DNA of 64,000 nt, from the IMG/VR virus record IMGVR_UViG_3300023184_004591, positions 31,293-95,292 of that record; one strand, given 5' to 3'. The notes below the pieces were generated by a model. It was not told where the DNA came from and ran no database searches. It worked only from the letters and a program-made list of their open reading frames with translations. The stretch's first letter is position 1, and every line of letters begins with the position of its first letter. Of this stretch, positions 50,377-60,712 are shown piece after piece. This DNA comes from a virus. Both the position numbers and the translations under genes were made by a program.

Positions 50377-51913
50377 AAATTTATTTCCGGGTTATGTAAA
50401 AGATAATAAAGATCCAATGATGTTAGGTAGGGTACGAGTTGTACCTACCCTTGAAAGATATGAGGATTCTTTACCTGAAGATTGGAATGAGGAAAATGAC
50501 AAGTGGACGGCAAAAGATCCATTTATATTTTTACCATTGTTACCATACTACATTAATCAGGTCCCAAAAGAGAATGAATATGTTAACTTAATTTATTATG
50601 ACAATCGTGAAAGATTGGATGCAAATAAATTTTACATTCAAGGTCCAATAACAAGACCTCAAAATAACCACAAAGAAGATTGGAAAAACTCTCAGTCCAT
50701 GATGGCAACTGGGGAATTTTTTAAACCTGCAAATGAATTAAGAGATCGTAAAACAGGAATAACTGATCCAAAAATTTATGGTATATATCCTGAACCAGGT
50801 GACAACGCAATATTAGGTAGAGGAACCGCAGATGTTGTTGTAAAAGAAAATGATGTGTTAATACGAGCAGGTAAATTAGATCCACTTAAATCTTCAAGTG
50901 CCGATTTTAATATACCCGTACCAAATGATAAAAGATCATTTTTACAAATATCAACATTTGGTTTGGAGAAAATTAAAGGTGAACCAAAAATAGTAACCGA
51001 ATACATCAAAGAAAGTAGACAAGTTAAAAATTTGGTTGAGTGGGAAATAACGAATCTTGCAACAACGGGGACAACATTTGATGGTAGTATTAAATTATAT
51101 AGTTTAATTCCGGTACCAGAAACTTTATCTAATAAAATTTTCCTTACTTCTGATTTAGATAGTTATAAAGGAACAACTTTATATGAACTAAATTTTACAG
51201 GAAAAACTTCTGATCAGGCTTTAACAATAATAAATGATTTTATTAAAGGTGTTAATATTGGTAAAATAAATATTGACGGATATATTTCATACCCATCACA
51301 AGATGGATCAAAATTAGAAAATCAATTCCCATTTGTTTTTACACCAACAAAAAGTAATACTGAAATATTCTTAGGTGCTAATATTGATACCCCAAGTGGT
51401 TTAACTGAATTTAATAATATTGTAAATTTTTATTCAAAAACTAAATTATCACCACAAAATAAAGAGTATGGGTTTGGTCTTGTTTGGATACAAGACGTAT
51501 TAGGTGAACAAGCTGAAGCCAAGATAACTAAAGTTGCAAATGATTCATTTGTTGCTAGCCCAACATCGTATGGTGTGATGGGAGGTGACTTTCTTTATTT
51601 ATTATCACATAAGTCAGTTATCCCAAGTAAAGGAACCCCAATTGATTTGAAAAATACATTATATGGTATTGATCAACCAACATTAGTTGATTCAATTTAT
51701 GGAAAAACAAATTCAATGGTTAGAGGTGAAGAATTAATGTCATTCTTAAACCTAATCGTTCAATTTATGATTGGTCACGTACATCCATTTCCAGGTCTTG
51801 CTCCGATACAGGAATATCCATCAATACCTGATGGTCCTTCATCAAAAAAGATCTTAGAGATACTTAATAACGCTCAAAATACAATCCTTAATCAAAATAT
51901 TAGAATTAATTGA
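50360..51913 (+). CDS. Baseplate hub/central spike (gp5/VgrG-like OB-fold)
   Basis: G.V.DNKDPMMLGRVRV...LPLLP...VPKENEYV OB-fold; C-terminal VRGEEL...HVHP metal-binding tip motif. Confidence 0.7.
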   Translation: MWFKNKNLFPGYVKDNKDPMMLGRVRVVPTLERYEDSLPEDWNEENDKWTAKDPFIFLPLLPYYINQVPKENEYVNLIYYDNRERLDANKFYIQGPITRPQNNHKEDWKNSQSMMATGEFFKPANELRDRKTGITDPKIYGIYPEPGDNAILGRGTADVVVKENDVLIRAGKLDPLKSSSADFNIPVPNDKRSFLQISTFGLEKIKGEPKIVTEYIKESRQVKNLVEWEITNLATTGTTFDGSIKLYSLIPVPETLSNKIFLTSDLDSYKGTTLYELNFTGKTSDQALTIINDFIKGVNIGKINIDGYISYPSQDGSKLENQFPFVFTPTKSNTEIFLGANIDTPSGLTEFNNIVNFYSKTKLSPQNKEYGFGLVWIQDVLGEQAEAKITKVANDSFVASPTSYGVMGGDFLYLLSHKSVIPSKGTPIDLKNTLYGIDQPTLVDSIYGKTNSMVRGEELMSFLNLIVQFMIGHVHPFPGLAPIQEYPSIPDGPSSKKILEILNNAQNTILNQNIRIN

Positions 51914-51933
51914 TATTTATATTAAAAACGTAA

Positions 51934-53394
51934 ATGTCAATAAATAATTCATATTTCAGTAGGAATAATACTTTAATATCTAATAGCTTTGTTAATTCAG
52001 GGAGAAATCCTGTTACCGAATTATTTTATGGTGATGGAAGTCTTGTGAACCCAATCGGATTCACACGTTTTATCTTTGATTTAGATCTTACTTTATTAAA
52101 AGAAAAATATCAAAATGGTATTATAAGTGAGGGGTGTAATTCAGACACAACTCATACTTTAAGGATGACTAATACAAGTTATTTTGATAAAGAATTGTTA
52201 AATACTTCAACATCTCAAGGTAGACTAAGAGCAACATCTTTTGATTTAATTTTATTTAGAATTCCTTATGTGAATTTTGATGAAAATCAACCTCAAATTT
52301 GGGACGAGGGAGTTGGTTATGATTATTATGATCAAGTAACAGGAATACCAAGTGATAAGAACTATTCCGATAGACCTTCAAATTGGTCAGCAACAACAAC
52401 AATTACAGATTGGCAACAAGCAGGAATTTATAATAATAAAAATACAGGTTCATTTAATTATAATCAATTAGAAATTGTTGCAACACAACATTTTGAATTT
52501 GGTGATGAGAACATAGAGTTTGATATGACAAGTGAAATTAACTCTATTTTAGATGGTACATTAATCAACACCACAGGATGGGGTATTGCTTACTTACCTC
52601 AAGTTGAAAACTTAACTGGTACGACGGGTAATTACTCTGTTGGGTTCTTTACACGACACACTCAAACCTTCTATGAGCCATTTTTAGAGACTAATTACAA
52701 TGATGTTATTGAAGATGATAGAAATTCATTCTCATTAGGTAAAATTAACAAATTATACTTATACATTTTTGAAGATGGGGATTTTCAAAACTTAGACAAC
52801 AATCCTTTAGTTACAATTAGTGATCAATCGGGAACTCCAATACCGGGTCTTGTAAATATGTCATCTTGTCAAGTCACAAAGGGTGTATATGAGATAACAA
52901 TTCCACCATTACTTGGATATAAAACCCCATGTATCTTTACGGATACTTGGTCTGACATTTCATTAAATGGTTTTTCATTACCTAATGTGATTAATGAATT
53001 TGCAATTTACCCATTAAAAAAATCTATTCAAATTGGGACGACAACTAATGATCCTGCGGTATATGGTTTTGATTATTATGGGATTAAACAAGACGAAAAA
53101 ATATTAAATACTGACATTAGAAAAGTTGGTGTTATAATCAAAAAGGCATATACAACCAACCAACAATTACCAAAAATTGAGGGTCAATATAGGGTATATG
53201 TTAGAGAAGGTCAAACCGAAGTTCAAGTTCAGGATTGGACCAAACTTAATAGAACTCCAAATGAGTACTATTTTATATTTGATACAAGGGATAAGATCCC
53301 AAATGAATACTACATTGACTTAAAAGTAATATCAAGTGGGGAGGTCAACACTTATAAACGACAAATAAAATTCCAAATAGTTAATAAGAAGTAA
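51934..53394 (+). CDS. Putative virion structural protein
   Basis: 486 aa with WDEGVGYDY and FFTRHTQTFYEPFLE; TATTTAT upstream. Confidence 0.65.
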   Translation: MSINNSYFSRNNTLISNSFVNSGRNPVTELFYGDGSLVNPIGFTRFIFDLDLTLLKEKYQNGIISEGCNSDTTHTLRMTNTSYFDKELLNTSTSQGRLRATSFDLILFRIPYVNFDENQPQIWDEGVGYDYYDQVTGIPSDKNYSDRPSNWSATTTITDWQQAGIYNNKNTGSFNYNQLEIVATQHFEFGDENIEFDMTSEINSILDGTLINTTGWGIAYLPQVENLTGTTGNYSVGFFTRHTQTFYEPFLETNYNDVIEDDRNSFSLGKINKLYLYIFEDGDFQNLDNNPLVTISDQSGTPIPGLVNMSSCQVTKGVYEITIPPLLGYKTPCIFTDTWSDISLNGFSLPNVINEFAIYPLKKSIQIGTTTNDPAVYGFDYYGIKQDEKILNTDIRKVGVIIKKAYTTNQQLPKIEGQYRVYVREGQTEVQVQDWTKLNRTPNEYYFIFDTRDKIPNEYYIDLKVISSGEVNTYKRQIKFQIVNKK

Positions 53395-53428
53395 ATCTAT
53401 TTGATATTTATAAATAAAAAAAATAATT

Positions 53429-56400
53429 ATGGGATCAGATAATCAAAATTTTTCAGGATGGAGCGGTAGCACCTTCGATATAACAAAACTAAACTTTAGT
53501 GGAAGAACAAAAAGTGAGACCACAAAAAGTCCACGAATTGTTACAGGACCTGTGGATATCACAAAAGATAGACCTAAAAAATCTACTATCACACCAGGTG
53601 TTAAACAAATGCCTATAGCAAAAGTTAAATCAGAAACAATTTTTGATGCAACAAAAGCATCAAAATTAGGTAGACCATCTATGTTAAGCTCGGCACCTTT
53701 AGAATCAAATAATTTACCATTTACCGCAGGAACAGTTGATACAAGTTTCCCATATGGGGTTGATACAGGTTTTAACGGTGAGGTTTATGTATCTAAAGTA
53801 CAATCAGATGGTAAAATATTAATTGGTGGTGATTTTACTAATTACAACTACAACGGATACAATTATTACTCACCATATTTAATTAGATTAAATTCTGACG
53901 GTTCTCCTGATTTTGACTTTGCATATACGTATCATGCCGATGACGCTGGTTGGATGATAAACGGTGGGGTAAGAACCATTGATATTCAGTCTGATGGTAA
54001 AATATTAATCGGTGGTGGATTTGACGCTTATTCTGGCGGGACATACTATTATTCATCAGGAATTATGAGATTTAATTCTGACGGAACATTTGACAATACA
54101 TTATTTGTTGGTGATGGTTTTAATGATGAGGTATTAAAAATTATAGTACAACCTGATGGTAAAATATTAGTGGTAGGTATATTTTTTCAATATAACAACA
54201 CTGATAATTGGAGGATTATTAGATTAAATTCTAATGGAACTCCTGATTCAAGTTTTATTACGGGGGATGGTATTGATTTTGATGATTATGGAATTGTTTA
54301 TGATATGATATTACAACCTGATGGTAAAATTATCTTAGGTGGTGATTTCTATAATTATAATGGAGTTGAATCTGACTACATTGTTAGACTTAATTCAAAT
54401 GGTTCATACGATAACACATTTGTAACGGGTGCAGGTTTTAATGATACAGTTAGTTCATTAGCATTACAGTCCGATGGTAAAATTATTGTTGGAGGTGATT
54501 TTAATTATTATAATAACATAGACTTATATAGTGGTTATATTGTTAGATTAGGTGTTAACGGTGAAATGGATACAAGATTTGGTTATGGTCTTGACAATAC
54601 CGTTTATTCCTTGACAATCCAATCTGACGATAAGATATTAGTTGGTGGGAGCTTTGGTGATTTTTATCCTTATGATTTTGGTACAATTAATATTGATAAT
54701 CTTGTTAGATTCCAATCTGATTGTACACTTGATTTAAGTTTTGTATTTGACAGTGGTGTTTATAATGGGAGTGTTCTTTCTATAACATTAGATTCTGATG
54801 ATAGAATTTATGTTGGTGGTAGTTTCTATGAGGACGGTTCTCCGTGGTTATTAAACCGTTTTGGTAGATTAAACAACTCAATATTAGAATATCCTTATGT
54901 TTATACGGTTGAAGCTTGTACTCAACCTTTAGTGGACGAAACAATAACTTATGTGATTGGTTCAATGACTGAATTAAATCCTTTTATAACATATAGTTTA
55001 CAAAGTATTCAAAATCCTTCAATAACAGTTTGTGGTTTTTTAACTGACACATACCCATCTAACGTTATTGAGTACACTGCCGTTAACACATATTACGATT
55101 GTGAAGAAGCTTATAAATCAAATAATAAATTAGTAATTGTTGAGGATGGTATAACAGGTCAACAATCTCCGTGGGTTGTTGATAACAAATATGAGGTAGG
55201 TGACATTTTTTATATTAATCAAGTAATTGATGAATTCACTAGATTTTTTGTTAAATTTGCCGCAAAAATAATTGAAATTACTCCTTGGTCGGAATATGAC
55301 GGATTCTTTGGTGATATTTGGGATTACTTACCCCCATCAAATTATGTTCCTTATGCGTCAGTTAATGATGCGATAGAGGCGAATGGACTTATTTATGAGG
55401 CATATGCTTGTTCAGTACCCGCAAATTTTTATCCTTTAATTCATAAAGCATATTATGACTATACAACAATATTAATACCAATTGAAAATAGTCCTGTTAA
55501 CGTTATTAGTAATTATTTACCAATAGGTCCTTATGAATTTATTTCAGGCGGAACTCCAGAAATATTTAGCACAATTGAAATTGCGGATGGTGAATCTTGT
55601 GATTTAGGTTTAACTAAAATAGCACCTGAAGGCGTATTAAATCAAAATTTCCTTAACACAGGATTTGATGGGAATTTAGTTTACACAATGGTGGAACAAC
55701 CTGACGGTAAGATATTAGTTGGGGGTAATTTCAGTGATTATCTTGAAGTACCGGTTGGTAATTTTATGAGAATAAATCCTGATGGAAGTTTAGACGAGAC
55801 ATTCTACTTGGGTCAATTCAATAGTTATATTAGAGCTATTGCTTTACAACCTGATGGTAAAATATTGGTTGGTGGTAATTTCACAAATTATGACGGATAT
55901 AACGCTGGACGTATAATTAGATTAAATTCTGATGGAACTATCGATTCAGGATTTACTTTTAATACTGAATTTAACGGTATTGTTAGAGCAATCGTCATTC
56001 AAAGAGACGGTAAAATTGTTGTGGGTGGATCATTTGATTATTATTATGACTTTTATTGCCCACAAATTGTTAGATTAAATTCTAATGGTTCACCTGACTT
56101 TACATTTGATATGGGAGACGGTTTTGATGGTGATGAAGTGTATACAATTATAATTGGTGATACAAAAGAAACTTTTTGGTCAGGTAGTGGAAATGTCCCA
56201 ACAACATATACTGAAGATTTAATTGTTGGTGGTAGATTTACTTATTATAAAGGAACCAATAACATAGGTGGTATTGTTAAATTATCTTCAACAGGGGATA
56301 TATTACCTGATTTTGGTAATGGTTTTAATCAAGACACAGGAGGAACACCAAGAGTAAATAGAATTGTTAAACAACCTGATGGTAAGTTAATAGTTGTTGG

Positions 56401-58528
56401 TGGTTCTAATAATGGAAATGACTTGGTCGACTATAATGGAATATGTATTCCTCAAAATATGGTTAGATTAGTTGGTGATGGTGATGGAGGTTATCAAATT
56501 GATAACACATTTATACCATATCCTGGTGGTGAATCAGGAGACTGCGGACCTGATTATGACGCAGGTTTTGATGGCGCTGTATTATCAGTCGCATTATTAC
56601 CAAACGGTAAATATATGGTCGGAGGACAGTTCGGTAAGTTTGAATGGGATGAAAACCTAGAAGAGGTTGATGTACCGTATTTAGTTAGATTAAATTCTGA
56701 CGGTAGTTTAGACGAAACTTTTACATTCACAATAAATGATAACTACGTTAATAATGTTTTATTATTATCATCAGGAAGATTATTAGTGGGAGGTTGGTTT
56801 AATACTCCTCAGGATTTAATGTTAGAATTATTTATTGGTGAAGAATATGTATTACGTTCATTTGACACTTGTGATGGTTTAACATCAAATATTTTCTTAC
56901 CAACAGGTTATAAACCCGAATATGTGGAAGGGTCGTTAGAAAACGTAACCGAATTACCATATTCACCAATTTCAATTATTGGTTTAAATATAGTTTATCA
57001 AAATGTTAGTGGTGACGATGATAGTAATTTCTTTATTGAATTACCGTTAGATTTTGATGTTAATTTCTTAGGGGTAAATTATACTTCAGTAAATGTTGGG
57101 ACAAACTCATATTTAACATTTGGTGGTGGGTCTGATAATTACGGTATTGACCCATTACCTGAAGATATCCCAAATGAAACAGGTTTACCAGGTGTGTATC
57201 TATCAACAAGAAACAATGATGGTACTTGTTTAGATTCATCATTAGTAACATTATATACAGGTACTACAGATGGTGGTAACACAACAATAATTAGATTTGA
57301 GGGAAATCACGAAAATTCAACTGACTTTCCTTATGAGACTAATTTAATTTACAACTTTAAATTTTATAAAGACCAATCAAATTACTTCGATATTATTATT
57401 GAGCAAAATGACGTTTTCTGTAATGATGACCCTACGGGTGGTGTTAGTGACGGTATCAATACAACTTGGGTTTCATCATTTGATAGTTCATCTGAAAAGT
57501 CATATAGAATAAGTGGGAGTGTTGCAAAACCAATCAAAGCAAACCTTAATAATAGAGCGGTAGTATGTGGTACTATTGGTGATGTAATAACTACACCACA
57601 ATTAAATGGTGGTCCAATTGGTGGTAGTATGTACTTTGATGGTGTTAATGACACTATGGTTCAAATTAATAATGATGGAGGACAATTTGGATTTGGTGGA
57701 CCAGGTCTATGGGATTTTACAATCGAGTGGTTCCAATATTGGGAAGGCGGTACAACTAACGCAAGACCGTTCTCAATTGCGACTTATAGTGTTGGGGATG
57801 GTGATGTACTACAAATATCATTTGAGGGGGACGGTCTTCTTTGGGTTAGTGGTAATACCGCTAGTTTAAATATCAACTTAAATGATATACAAAATAAATG
57901 GGTTCATTTTGCAATAACAAGATACTATAATGGTTTAAATCATTTGTGGTGTGTCTATGTTGATGGTGTACGAGTTATAACAGATTGGACAAATGATACT
58001 ATTTTAACAAATACATTACCATTAGTGATTGGTAATCAAACTAATAATGACGGTAAATTCCAAGGATATATTACAAACTTTAGAGTTAATAACCAATCGG
58101 CAATCTACTCAGGACCAACCATAACGGTTCCAACACAACCATTAACTTGTGATAATAATGTAATATTGTTAATAAATTCAAACGATGCTGATAATTTATA
58201 TAAAGATATTTGTGGAGGACAAACTACATCAAATACTGGAGTTACTTGGTCAAATTTAACACCATTTGTAAATACACTTGATTTCTCATTATTCACTGCA
58301 ACTGATTTTACAAGTTATAACACTTGTAATGATTGTTTGAATACTGATATATATCAAGTATCTCTATATGTTAGAAACTTTTTATCAATAAAAAATAATG
58401 AGACTTTACCTAATTTTGTGTCATATAATACTATGACATTATCTGACATTCAGAAGGTACAATCATTTGGTCCAATATTCACAACTCTTGGTCCTGAGTC
58501 TTACGAAATACTAAACTATAATTTATAA
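53429..58528 (+). CDS. Delta-60-repeat (DUF5122-like) double beta-propeller + LamG-like protein
   Basis: Two sets of seven Q[SP]DGKI(L/I)xGG...RLNSDG repeats; C-terminal DFTIEWF...WVHFAITR...YVDG...GYITNFR LamG-like domain; no signal peptide. Confidence 0.85.
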   Translation: MGSDNQNFSGWSGSTFDITKLNFSGRTKSETTKSPRIVTGPVDITKDRPKKSTITPGVKQMPIAKVKSETIFDATKASKLGRPSMLSSAPLESNNLPFTAGTVDTSFPYGVDTGFNGEVYVSKVQSDGKILIGGDFTNYNYNGYNYYSPYLIRLNSDGSPDFDFAYTYHADDAGWMINGGVRTIDIQSDGKILIGGGFDAYSGGTYYYSSGIMRFNSDGTFDNTLFVGDGFNDEVLKIIVQPDGKILVVGIFFQYNNTDNWRIIRLNSNGTPDSSFITGDGIDFDDYGIVYDMILQPDGKIILGGDFYNYNGVESDYIVRLNSNGSYDNTFVTGAGFNDTVSSLALQSDGKIIVGGDFNYYNNIDLYSGYIVRLGVNGEMDTRFGYGLDNTVYSLTIQSDDKILVGGSFGDFYPYDFGTINIDNLVRFQSDCTLDLSFVFDSGVYNGSVLSITLDSDDRIYVGGSFYEDGSPWLLNRFGRLNNSILEYPYVYTVEACTQPLVDETITYVIGSMTELNPFITYSLQSIQNPSITVCGFLTDTYPSNVIEYTAVNTYYDCEEAYKSNNKLVIVEDGITGQQSPWVVDNKYEVGDIFYINQVIDEFTRFFVKFAAKIIEITPWSEYDGFFGDIWDYLPPSNYVPYASVNDAIEANGLIYEAYACSVPANFYPLIHKAYYDYTTILIPIENSPVNVISNYLPIGPYEFISGGTPEIFSTIEIADGESCDLGLTKIAPEGVLNQNFLNTGFDGNLVYTMVEQPDGKILVGGNFSDYLEVPVGNFMRINPDGSLDETFYLGQFNSYIRAIALQPDGKILVGGNFTNYDGYNAGRIIRLNSDGTIDSGFTFNTEFNGIVRAIVIQRDGKIVVGGSFDYYYDFYCPQIVRLNSNGSPDFTFDMGDGFDGDEVYTIIIGDTKETFWSGSGNVPTTYTEDLIVGGRFTYYKGTNNIGGIVKLSSTGDILPDFGNGFNQDTGGTPRVNRIVKQPDGKLIVVGGSNNGNDLVDYNGICIPQNMVRLVGDGDGGYQIDNTFIPYPGGESGDCGPDYDAGFDGAVLSVALLPNGKYMVGGQFGKFEWDENLEEVDVPYLVRLNSDGSLDETFTFTINDNYVNNVLLLSSGRLLVGGWFNTPQDLMLELFIGEEYVLRSFDTCDGLTSNIFLPTGYKPEYVEGSLENVTELPYSPISIIGLNIVYQNVSGDDDSNFFIELPLDFDVNFLGVNYTSVNVGTNSYLTFGGGSDNYGIDPLPEDIPNETGLPGVYLSTRNNDGTCLDSSLVTLYTGTTDGGNTTIIRFEGNHENSTDFPYETNLIYNFKFYKDQSNYFDIIIEQNDVFCNDDPTGGVSDGINTTWVSSFDSSSEKSYRISGSVAKPIKANLNNRAVVCGTIGDVITTPQLNGGPIGGSMYFDGVNDTMVQINNDGGQFGFGGPGLWDFTIEWFQYWEGGTTNARPFSIATYSVGDGDVLQISFEGDGLLWVSGNTASLNINLNDIQNKWVHFAITRYYNGLNHLWCVYVDGVRVITDWTNDTILTNTLPLVIGNQTNNDGKFQGYITNFRVNNQSAIYSGPTITVPTQPLTCDNNVILLINSNDADNLYKDICGGQTTSNTGVTWSNLTPFVNTLDFSLFTATDFTSYNTCNDCLNTDIYQVSLYVRNFLSIKNNETLPNFVSYNTMTLSDIQKVQSFGPIFTTLGPESYEILNYNL

Positions 58529-58534
58529 AAAATC

Positions 58535-58762
58535 ATGATAACACCAATTTTATTCTTCAATAATCCAGAACAAGCTGAAGCCCCATTATCTGCGAATACT
58601 GAAACTGTTATTTGTTATACTTGTCTTTCGGACATTAATAATGGTAATGCATATTATTACACAAATACGGTACCACACCCAACCTACACCAATGAATTTG
58701 GTAAAGCGGTAGTACAATTAGATATGGTCACATTAGGAGGACCTAATGGATTAAATAATTAA
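58535..58762 (+). CDS. Small hypothetical protein
   Basis: 75 aa with PHPTYTN.FG.AVVQL...LGG.NGLN. Confidence 0.7.
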   Translation: MITPILFFNNPEQAEAPLSANTETVICYTCLSDINNGNAYYYTNTVPHPTYTNEFGKAVVQLDMVTLGGPNGLNN

Positions 58763-58765
58763 TTT

Positions 58766-59248
58766 ATGAAAAAAATTATTAAACTAAATGAATCGGACAT
58801 TACCAATTTGGTAAAAAAGGTTCTTAATGAACAAAAAGGTGGTCGTTATATGTTCTTCTCAAATTTAGAACAAATGAGAAGACAATGTGATCTATTATTA
58901 GATTTAGATGAATCTATGGTTGAGGAGATTCTTGGGAATGGTCACGATTGGGCTCAAGATCATATCTCCGAAGCAAAGAACAATATGGATCAGGTATTTG
59001 ATTTCCTTATGAATGAAACCAAAAAAGACGGTATGGAGTTATCAATGAATATTGACGATAAAGATATGGTTATGTCGGAAGGTAGAAAAAAAACAGGAAC
59101 TAAACTTTGTGCTCGTGGTAAATCAGCCGCAAAATCTAAATTTGACGTATACCCAAGTGCTTACGCTAATGGTTATGCGGTACAAGTATGTAAAGGAACA
59201 AAACCTGGTTTAGACGGTAAGAAAAGATGCTCTTCACCATACTGTTAA
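58766..59248 (+). CDS. Hypothetical protein with an N-terminal KIIKLNESD..VLNE leader
   Basis: Leader, a helical middle region (HDWAQDHI) and a basic Cys tail (LCARGK...PSAYANG...CKG). Confidence 0.75.
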   Translation: MKKIIKLNESDITNLVKKVLNEQKGGRYMFFSNLEQMRRQCDLLLDLDESMVEEILGNGHDWAQDHISEAKNNMDQVFDFLMNETKKDGMELSMNIDDKDMVMSEGRKKTGTKLCARGKSAAKSKFDVYPSAYANGYAVQVCKGTKPGLDGKKRCSSPYC

Positions 59249-59318
59249 TTTTTTTTTAAAAATATTTTTTTTATTAGGATAATTTCTATATATTTGTAGA
59301 TACAAACATTATGGAAAT

Positions 59319-59747
59319 ATGAAAAAAAAAATAAAAAGATTTTTTAGTAGATTAAAACTTAAATTGTACATTTGGTCAAAAAATTCTTCAAGGATTATAC
59401 CTACATATCAGGAAGAAGGCCCAACGTATGAAAAGACTTGTTTTAAAATTTGTCTCAAAATAATACATCACTCTGATACTGAATTTATGATTGCCCCAAT
59501 GTCGGATAAACGTTATCTTAAAAATGATCAGATGGGAATCTTTATTACGATGACAGAACGTAGAGTGGAGATTACGAATCACGTATACAACTACAACGTT
59601 AAATTAACTGAAAGAGATTGGCAACGTCTGACATACATATTTGATACTGAAACTGATAAAAGACGACTTAGTTATGAAAGTGAGATTAATTCACAAATTA
59701 CTAACTCTCTACACAACATATTAGAAAGAGTTTCTAATCTCGATTAA
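59319..59747 (+). CDS. Hypothetical protein
   Basis: 142-aa ORF preceded by TATATTTG (59289-59296), an exact match to the Bacteroidota -7 consensus TAnnTTTG. Confidence 0.7.
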   Translation: MKKKIKRFFSRLKLKLYIWSKNSSRIIPTYQEEGPTYEKTCFKICLKIIHHSDTEFMIAPMSDKRYLKNDQMGIFITMTERRVEITNHVYNYNVKLTERDWQRLTYIFDTETDKRRLSYESEINSQITNSLHNILERVSNLD

Positions 59748-60443
59748 AATTTTACCAATTAAGGAATCTACGGATTCCTTTTTTGTTTTATACGATGTCA
59801 TAATTGGTTTTTGACCTTTACCTGTTTGTGTATCTTTTTTCTCGGCTTTTCTTTTTTGTTGACAAGCCCCTCTTTTTTCCGAATCTGACATTTTTCCCGC
59901 AACTCCCGCTGCTCTACATTTTGGATATGCCTTGTCTGTGGCGTCGTGTCTCCCACAAGGTGGATGCTTACCATCAACTTTCTTGCAAATGTTCACCCAA
60001 GGACCATTTGGTTGTGTGGACCCTTTTGGTTTCTTCTTTATTCCAAACCAAACCCCTAAATCTTCCATTAAAGTATCATCTGTTATTTCAACCCATTCAT
60101 TTACAGGAACTATTGTTAATTTTCTACCAGGTGTTTGATTAATATTGTTACCATCATCATCACTATAGGTTGAGTTAGGGTGGTTTTTTATATAATCACT
60201 AACTTTTTTTGCTTTAGATTCTATTTTTTTGATTTGTTTTTTTGTCTCATCCATAGATCCATCATAACTATCAAATTCTAACATTGGACTATCGTATTTT
60301 GAAACAGGAATTGTGAATGGTTGCATATCGATTTTTTTAAATAACCGAACACCAGGTTGTAATGGTGCAACATATGAACCTCTACCTCCACCATCGGAAG
60401 TTGCTTCAGATAAAATTTTCTTTATTAATTGATTTAAATCCAT
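59721..60443 (-). CDS. Hypothetical basic Cys-containing protein
   Basis: Likely start MDLNQLIKKILSEA (60443) after TATTTAT; EDLGVWFG...WVNIC...PCGR...YPKCR. Confidence 0.7.
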   Translation of the reverse strand: MDLNQLIKKILSEATSDGGGRGSYVAPLQPGVRLFKKIDMQPFTIPVSKYDSPMLEFDSYDGSMDETKKQIKKIESKAKKVSDYIKNHPNSTYSDDDGNNINQTPGRKLTIVPVNEWVEITDDTLMEDLGVWFGIKKKPKGSTQPNGPWVNICKKVDGKHPPCGRHDATDKAYPKCRAAGVAGKMSDSEKRGACQQKRKAEKKDTQTGKGQKPIMTSYKTKKESVDSLIGKILIEIRNSF

Positions 60444-60480
60444 AATTTGTCTACTATTATAAATATCAACACAATAGAAA

Positions 60481-60711
60481 ATGGAAGAACAACAGAATGA
60501 ATTATTTGGTAACCTATTTGGTACCATCAATTTACTAAGTGAAGAACATTTAGATGCAATCCTTATGTCCATGAATAAGGATCTCGCTTTATATTATTTA
60601 GTTGAGTCAGTTAAGTCGGCACATAAACGTGGGTCATTTACAATAGGTGAATCTGAAGTGATTTCTAAAGCAATAAGAACTTTATCAAAACAAGAAAATG
60701 TAACAGAATAA
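60481..60711 (+). CDS. Hypothetical protein
   Basis: 76-aa ORF (LFGTIN...E.EVISKAIR.L). Confidence 0.65.
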   Translation: MEEQQNELFGNLFGTINLLSEEHLDAILMSMNKDLALYYLVESVKSAHKRGSFTIGESEVISKAIRTLSKQENVTE

Positions 60712-60712
60712 T

